From: Centroscyllium fabricii
Taxonomy: Eukaryota
NCBI GenBank assembly: GCA_051313645.2
Contig: JBNRSN020000031.1
Span: forward strand, 6,572,001-6,636,000
Direction of reading: 5' to 3'
Length of the DNA: 64,000 bases
Below the pieces are notes generated by a model that was not told the DNA's origin, did no database searches, and worked only from the letters and a program-made list of their open reading frames with translations. Of this stretch, positions 58,501-64,000 are shown piece after piece; the first letter of the stretch is position 1, and each line of letters starts with the position of its first letter. The translations under genes were made by a program, and so were the position numbers.

Positions 58501-61074
58501 TCATTGGCCCACAGGCATCTGTAAGGACTACCTATTATAATCACGTAATCACATGCTGAGTTATCATTGGCCCACAAGCATCTGTAAGGACTACCTATTA
58601 TATTCACGTAATCACATGCTGAATTATCATTGGACCACAGGCATTTGTAAGGATTACCTATTATATTCACGTAATCACATGCTGAGTTATTATTGGCCCA
58701 CAGGCATCTGTAAGGATTACCTATTATATTCACGTAATCACATGATGAGTTATCATATGCCCACAGGCATCTGTAAGGGCTACCTATTATATTCCCGTAA
58801 TAATATGCTGAGTTATCATTGCCCACAGGCATCTGTAAGGACTACCTATTATATTCACGTAATCAAATGCTGAGTTATCATTGGCCCATAGGCATCTGTA
58901 AGGACTACCTATTATATTCAGGTAATCACATGCTGAATTCTGATTGGCCCACAGGCATCTGTAAGGACTACCTATTATATTCACGTAATCACATGCTGAG
59001 TTGTCGTTGGCCCACAGGCATCTGTAAGGACTACCTGTTATATTCACGTAATCACATGCTGAATTATCATTCGCCAACAGGCATTTGTAAGGACTACCTA
59101 TTATATTCACGTATTCACATGCTGAGTTATCATTGGCCCACAGGCATCTGTAAGGACTACCTATTAAATTCACGTAATCACATGCTGAGTTATCATTGGC
59201 CAACAGGCATCTGTAAGGACTACCTATTATATTCACGTAATCATATGCTGAGTTATCATCGGCCAACAGACATCTGTAAGGACAACCTATTGTATTCAAG
59301 TAATCACATGCTGAGTTATCATTGGCCCACAGGCATCTGTAAGGACTACCTATTATATTTACATAACCACATGCTGAGTTATCATTGGCCCACAGGCATC
59401 TGTATGGACTACCTATTTTATTCACGTAATCACATACTGAGTTATCATTGGCCCACAGGTATCTGTAAGGACTACCTATTATATTCATGTAATCACATGC
59501 TGAGCTATCATTGGCCCACAGGCATCTGGAAGGACAACCTATTATATTCACGTAATCACATGCAAAATTATCATTGGACCAAAGGCATCTGTAAGGACAA
59601 CCTATTATATTCACGTAATCACATGTTGAGTTATCATTGGCCAACAGGCATCCGGAAGGACTACTCATTATATTCACGTAATCACATGCTGAGTTATCAT
59701 TGGCCCACAGGCATCTGGAAGGACTACCTATTATATTCACGTAATCACATGCTGAGTTATCATTGGCCCACAGGCATCTGTAAGGACTACCTATTATATT
59801 CAGGTAATCACATGCTGAATTATCATTGGCCCACAATCATCTGTAAGGACTACCTATTATATTCACGTAATCACATGCTGAATTATCATTGGCCCACAGG
59901 CATCTGTAAGGACAACCTGTTATATTCACGTAATCACATGCGGAGTTATCATTGGCCCACAGGCATCTGTAAGGACTACCTATTATATTCACGTAGTCAC
60001 ATGCTGAGATATCATTGGCCCACAGGCATCTGTAAGGACTACCTATTATATTCACGTAATCACATGCTGAGTTATCATTGGCCCACAGGCATCTGTAAGG
60101 ACTACCTATTATATTCACGTAATCACATGCTGAATTATCATTGGCCCACAGTCATCTGTAAGGACTGCCTATTATATTCACGTAATCACATGCTGAGTTA
60201 TCATTGGCCCACAGGCATCTGTAAGGACTACCTATTATATTCACGTAATCACATGCTGAGATATCATTGGCCCACAGGCATCTGTAAGGGCTACCTATTA
60301 TATTCACGTAATCACATGCTAAGTTATCATTGGCCCACAGGCATCTGTAAGGACTACCTATTATATTCACGTAATCACATGCTGAATTATCATTGGCCCA
60401 CAGGCATCTGTAAGGACTACCTATTATATTCACGTAATCACATGCTGAGTTATCATTGGCCCACAGGCATCTGTAAGGACTACCTATTATATTCACGTAA
60501 TCACATGCTCAGTTATCATTGGCCCACAGGCATCTGGAAGGACTACCTATTATATTCAGGTAATCTCATGCTGAATTATCATTGGACCAAAGGCAACTGT
60601 AAGGACTACTATTGTATTCACGTAATCTCATGCTGTGTTATCATTGGCCCACAGGCATCTCTAAGGACTACCTATTATATTTACATAATCACATGCTGAG
60701 TTAACATTGGCCTACAGGCATCTGGAAGGTCTACCTATTATATTCACGTAATCACATGCTGAGTTATCATTGGCCCACAGGCATCTGGATGGACTACCTA
60801 TTATATTCACGTAATCACATGCTGAATTAACATTGGACCAAAGGCATCTGTAAGGACTACCTATTATATTCACGTAATCACATGTTGAGTTATCATTGGC
60901 CCACAGGAATCTGTAAGGAGTACCTATTATATTCACGTAATCACAAGCTGAATTATCATTGCCCACAGGCATCTGTAAGGACAACCTATTATATTCACGT
61001 GTAACCTGGATCTGAAACCCAGAGTCAGGGAGAATCTCCCTAAAGGGTTAAAAGTCTAGGGATCCAGTGGTCTG

Positions 61075-61088
61075 AGGTCAGGTGACCT
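61075..61088. promoter_or_regulatory. Perfect inverted pair of nuclear-receptor half-sites AGGTCA-GG-TGACCT (IR2) in putative U3; copy at 62699-62712
   Basis: The sequence reads GAGGTCA GG TGACCTC. The motif is seen directly; its function is inferred only. Confidence 0.35.
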
Positions 61089-61258
61089 CTTCGGTGCCAG
61101 TTTGTCTGGAAGTTCAGATCACATGGGGTGGTTGTCCAGGTGTGAGATTGAACACTGTTTCAGACAGGCTGGGCTGCCATGGAAACCAGCACTCGGCTCC
61201 GGCCAGTCTGTGTGATTGCTTTGTGATAGGCTGGCTAAAAGTGGGGTGAGTTACTGGA

Positions 61259-61283
61259 GGGTGGAGCCAGGACAGGATAAAAG
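61259..61283 (+). promoter_or_regulatory. Putative LTR core promoter: GT/GC box GGGTGGAGC followed by TATA-like GATAAAAG; copy at 62883-62907
   Basis: GGGTGGAGC at 61259-61267 and GATAAAAG at 61276-61283, about 270 bp into the LTR, an arrangement typical of U3. The TATA element is non-canonical. Confidence 0.4.
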
Positions 61284-61306
61284 GCTGGACACGCCTAGAG
61301 ATTATT

Positions 61307-61424
61307 AAGATTGAGCTGGAGAGAAGATTGAGCTGGAGTTAAGATAGAGCGCAGGAGGAAGAGAGAAGATTGAGCTGGAGAGAAGATTGAGCTGGAGTTA
61401 AGATAGAGCGCAGGAGGAAGAGAG
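61307..61424 (+). repeat. 2 x 59-bp perfect purine-rich tandem repeat inside the LTR, built from about 17-bp AAGATTGAGCTGGAG subunits, with a degenerate third copy to about 61472; also at 62931-63048
   Basis: AAGATTGAGCTGGAGAGAAGATTGAGCTGGAGTTAAGATAGAGCGCAGGAGGAAGAGAG at 61307-61365 and 61366-61424. Confidence 0.95.
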
Positions 61425-61762
61425 AAGATTGAGCAGGAGGTTAGATTGAGAAGATCCGGGAAGAGAGAAGATAAAGAAGGACATCACGAAAAGAAGCCAC
61501 GAGGACCGCGCTCGGAAGGAGGGAAAACCAGCAGCACGAGGCACGAAGCCCTGAGACTCTTGGAAGACGCTAAAGACATTAGCTGACCAGGGGAAGTCAA
61601 GAAGGAAGTCCCTGTGCACCGGCTGGGAAGAAGGAAGACCATTCGGGCGGATCAGAACCGGTACGTAGTCCGGGAGGAGCCCAGAAGATTGAGTGAGGGA
61701 AGACTCACCATTCTGGCAGATCAGAGCGGTACCTAGTCCGTGGAGCCAGCAATGCGTCGACG

Positions 61763-61907
61763 AGGTCGCAGGAAGCAGAGGGTGGAGAGCGGTGTTCGAC
61801 ACCCACTGCTGGAAGTTGCTGGAAGCTTTCGTGTAGGTCGCAGGAAGCAGAGGGTGGAGAGCTGTGTTCGACGCCCACTGCTGGAAGATTCTGGAAGCCT
61901 TTCGTGT
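61763..61907 (+). repeat. 2 x 72/73-bp imperfect tandem repeat inside the LTR; also at 63387-63531
   Basis: AGGTCGCAGGAAGCAGAGGGTGGAGAGC...TTTCGTGT at 61763-61834 and 61835-61907, with a few substitutions and a 1-bp indel. Confidence 0.93.
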
Positions 61908-62045
61908 GAAAGGACTGAGAGCCAGATCCAAGAGCCGTCGTTGTCTCCCTTGAGATGAGGAGACTGTAGTGTACGGTCCTCATTGTCAAGCCCTATTCGG
62001 ACAGTCGTGAGTAGTACTTCTGAGAAAAGGGCTTGGGGAACAAGG

Positions 62046-62159
62046 TGTAAGGGTGCTAAAGTGGATGCCTTGCCATTGTAAATGTCCAGTTGAAATGTGT
62101 TCTGTAAGGGTGCTAAAGTGAGTGCCTTGCCATTGTAAAGTGCTGATTGAAGTGTGTTC
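62046..62159 (+). repeat. 2 x 57-bp imperfect tandem repeat inside the LTR; also at 63670-63783
   Basis: TGTAAGGGTGCTAAAGTG..TGCCTTGCCATTGTAAA...TGTGTTC at 62046-62102 and 62103-62159. Confidence 0.92.
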
Positions 62160-62290
62160 TTGGGAGTGTCTGTGAATTGAATGAATGCTGATTGATTTGT
62201 TATATGACATTAACGCTGCTTTCTGTTTTTGTATCTAGTTGCTAGTTGCTTAACACTGTTTGTATTTAAACTCTATCTCCCATCCCTGTT

Positions 62291-62296
62291 ATTAAA
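62291..62296 (+). terminator. Putative LTR polyadenylation signal ATTAAA; the functional copy would be 63915-63920 in the second LTR
   Basis: ATTAAA follows a T-rich tract containing TGTA motifs (about 62210-62290) near the LTR 3' end. Confidence 0.5.
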
Positions 62297-62481
62297 GTTT
62301 GTAAATAGAAATCTTGTCTCAGATTCATCTCTCTTAAGGTAAAAGGGTTACATTTGGGTGGAGGTCACAGAGTTCTACACGTGGGGTACGTTAAGAACCT
62401 ACGGGGTAATTGGTATTAACCTACCCCCCCCCATACTCAGAGAAAGAGAAGGGGGGGGCCAATCAGAAATAGGGCCACATT

Positions 62482-62499
62482 TGGGGGCTCGTCCGGGAT
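62482..62499 (+). other. Primer-binding site for tRNA-Pro
   Basis: TGGGGGCTCGTCCGGGAT is the exact 18-nt complement of the tRNA-Pro 3' end including CCA, the same sequence as the Moloney MLV PBS. It is preceded by CA-TT. Confidence 0.97.
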
Positions 62500-62585
62500 A
62501 CTGTGACTTCCAGTTTCATACACTAGTGGAGTGAACCCATTGTTGCCGAGAGAGAGATGGACGTGAGCACGGTTACTTTGTGGTG

Positions 62586-62605
62586 TAGTCATGAGGACAT
62601 GACTA
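62586..62605 (+). other. 8-bp perfect hairpin TAGTCATG-AGGA-CATGACTA just upstream of the PPT
   Basis: The arms are exact reverse complements. A GAGGAC-containing hairpin before the PPT is commonly seen in Ty3/Gypsy elements (recalled, not searched). Confidence 0.75.
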
Positions 62606-62613
62606 AGTTTGGT

Positions 62614-62623
62614 AAGGGGGGAG
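62614..62623 (+). other. Polypurine tract AAGGGGGGAG
   Basis: A 10-nt purine run directly abutting the TG of the second LTR at 62624. Confidence 0.92.
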
Positions 62624-64000
62624 TGTAACCTGGGTCTGAAACCCAGAGTCAGGGAGAATCTCCCTAAAGGGTTAAAAGTCTAGGGATCCAGTGGTCTGAG
62701 GTCAGGTGACCTCTTCGGTGCCAGTTTGTCTGGAAGTTCAGATCACATGGGGTGGTTGTCCAGGTGTGAGATTGAACACTGTTTCAGACAGGCTGGGCTG
62801 CCATGGAAACCAGCACTCGGCTCCGGCCAGTCTGTGTGATTGCTTTGTGATAGGCTGGCTAAAAGTGGGGTGAGTTACTGGAGGGTGGAGCCAGGACAGG
62901 ATAAAATGCTGGACACGCCTAGAGATTATTAAGATTGAGCTGGAGAGAAGATTGAGCTGGAGTTAAGATAGAGCGCAGGAGGAAGAGAGAAGATTGAGCT
63001 GGAGAGAAGATTGAGCTGGAGTTAAGATAGAGCGCAGGAGGAAGAGAGAAGATTGAGCAGGAGGTTAGATTGAGAAGATCCGGGAAGAGAGAAGATAAAG
63101 AAGGACATCACGAAAAGAAGCCACGAGGACCGCGCTCGGAAGGAGGGAAAACCAGCAGCACGAGGCACGAAGCCCTGAGACTCTTGGAAGACGCTAAAGA
63201 CATTAGCTGACCAGGGGAAGTCAAGAAGGAAGTCCCTGTGCACCGGCTGGGAAGAAGGAAGACCATTCGGGCGGATCAGAACCGGTACGTAGTCCGGGAG
63301 GAGCCCAGAAGATTGAGTGAGGGAAGACTCACCATTCTGGCAGATCAGAGCGGTACCTAGTCCGTGGAGCCAGCAATGCGTCGACGAGGTCGCAGGAAGC
63401 AGAGGGTGGAGAGCGGTGTTCGACACCCACTGCTGGAAGTTGCTGGAAGCTTTCGTGTAGGTCGCAGGAAGCAGAGGGTGGAGAGCTGTGTTCGACGCCC
63501 ACTGCTGGAAGATTCTGGAAGCCTTTCGTGTGAAAGGACTGAGAGCCAGATCCAAGAGCCGTCGTTGTCTCCCTTGAGATGAGGAGACTGTAGTGTACGG
63601 TCCTCATTGTCAAGCCCTATTCGGACAGTCGTGAGTAGTACTTCTGAGAAAAGGGCTTGGGGAACAAGGTGTAAGGGTGCTAAAGTGGATGCCTTGCCAT
63701 TGTAAATGTCCAGTTGAAATGTGTTCTGTAAGGGTGCTAAAGTGAGTGCCTTGCCATTGTAAAGTGCTGATTGAAGTGTGTTCTTGGGAGTGTCTGTGAA
63801 TTGAATGAATGCTGATTGATTTGTTATATGACATTAACGCTGCTTTCTGTTTTTGTATCTAGTTGCTAGTTGCTTAACACTGTTTGTATTTAAACTCTAT
63901 CTCCCATCCCTGTTATTAAAGTTTGTAAATAGAAATCTTGTCTCAGATTCATCTCTCTTAAGGTAAAAGGGTTACATTTGGGTGGAGGTCACAGAGTTCT
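62624..64000 (+). repeat. Second LTR copy (3' LTR, or middle LTR of a tandem array), truncated; predicted end at window coordinate 64103
   Basis: Collinear with 61000-62376. The only differences seen are 61010 A vs 62634 G and 61283 G vs 62907 T. Confidence 0.95.

Larger units (their letters stand above)
1..60999 (+). repeat. 63-bp monomer tandem satellite array, about 970 copies, single orientation, open at the left window edge
   Basis: The consensus GACTACCTATTATATTCACGTAATCACATGCTGAGTTATCATTGGCCCACAGGCATCTGTAAG recurs continuously every 62-64 bp, usually with 0-4 substitutions per copy. The last monomer stops at ...ATATTCACG (60999). Copy number is estimated as length divided by about 63. 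Confidence 0.99.
61000..62479 (+). repeat. 5' LTR (1480 bp, TGTAACC...GGGCCACA)
   Basis: The start is fixed by the satellite junction and by identity with the copy at 62624. The end is placed at the CA (62478-62479) lying 2 nt before the PBS. An alternative end at GGTTACA (62352) is discussed under findings. Confidence 0.88.
62557..62628 (+). pseudogene. 23-codon mini-ORF MDVSTVTLWCSHEDMTKFGKGGV; possible fused stump of a deleted gag
   Basis: First ATG after the PBS, in strong Kozak context (GAGATGG). The M-x7-WC start recalls the N-terminal WC motif of PNMA-type Gypsy Gag proteins. It is too short to confirm by eye. Confidence 0.3.
61000..64000 (+). mobile_element. Non-autonomous LTR retroelement (LTR-PBS-144-bp interior-PPT-LTR), probably Ty3/Gypsy-derived, truncated by the window end
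   Basis: Two direct repeats 1624 bp apart, both starting TGTAACC. The first ends in CA followed by TT and a perfect tRNA-Pro PBS, and a PPT abuts the second. There is no pol coding capacity. The Gypsy assignment is inferred from the GAGGAC hairpin plus AAGGGGGGAG PPT; a gammaretrovirus-like origin is not excluded because Pro PBS is also used there. Confidence 0.92.

Noticed and set aside
7-60984. Repeat ORFs on both strands as real genes (for example zinc-finger-like or other Cys/His repeat proteins)
   Set aside because: They follow from a 63-bp unit lacking stops in one frame per strand. There are no unique N- or C-terminal domains, the spacing does not fit C2H2 (28-aa) or other repeats I recognise, and frameshifting 62-mers and stop variants are freely propagated.
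1-60999. CRISPR array (period of about 63 bp is similar to repeat plus spacer)
   Set aside because: The whole unit is conserved, there are no unique spacers and no cas genes, and the context is a eukaryotic retroelement.
61790-61806. Pol III B-box-like GTTCGACACC, suggesting a tRNA or SINE fragment in the 72-bp repeat
   Set aside because: No convincing A-box, cloverleaf or correctly paired T-arm; a 9-10-nt match is not enough.
62101-62109. TCTGTAAGG (and GATCACATG near 61117) shared between LTR and satellite, suggesting the satellite derives from the LTR
   Set aside because: The matches are only 9 nt and do not extend, which is compatible with chance.
61398-62210. ORFs of 177, 94, 72 and 74 aa inside the LTR (and their copies at 63022-63834)
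   Set aside because: No gag, protease, RT, RNase H, integrase or env motifs. Their internal repeats simply reflect the 72-bp and 57-bp DNA duplications, and their identity between copies reflects LTR identity.
62482-62499. tRNA-Pro gene on the minus strand
   Set aside because: Only the 18 nt complementary to the mature 3' end (including CCA) are present, directly after the LTR, which defines a PBS rather than a tRNA gene.

Overview
Eukaryotic (probably metazoan) repetitive DNA with no credible intact protein-coding gene. Bases 1-60999 are one head-to-tail satellite array of roughly 970 copies of a 63-bp monomer (consensus GACTACCTATTATATTCACGTAATCACATGCTGAGTTATCATTGGCCCACAGGCATCTGTAAG, with 62- and 64-bp indel variants). 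The array contains nested, near-identical multi-monomer blocks with periods of about 1.9, 2.3, 2.5, 2.8-2.95, 8.1-8.2 and 15.7 kb. The ORFs called in 1-61000 are by-products of the monomer being 21 codons long and stop-free in one frame on each strand. At 61000 the array is interrupted mid-monomer by a very young non-autonomous LTR element. It consists of a 1480-bp 5' LTR (TG...CA), a perfect 18-nt tRNA-Pro primer-binding site, an internal region of only 144 bp (a possible gag N-terminal stump, a GAGGAC hairpin and a polypurine tract), and a second LTR copy that runs off the window end. I saw 2 differences between the LTR copies in 1377 bp compared by eye. The most unusual feature is this giant-LTR, tiny-interior element; I found no evidence of a novel protein-coding system. 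Host species cannot be determined from the sequence.
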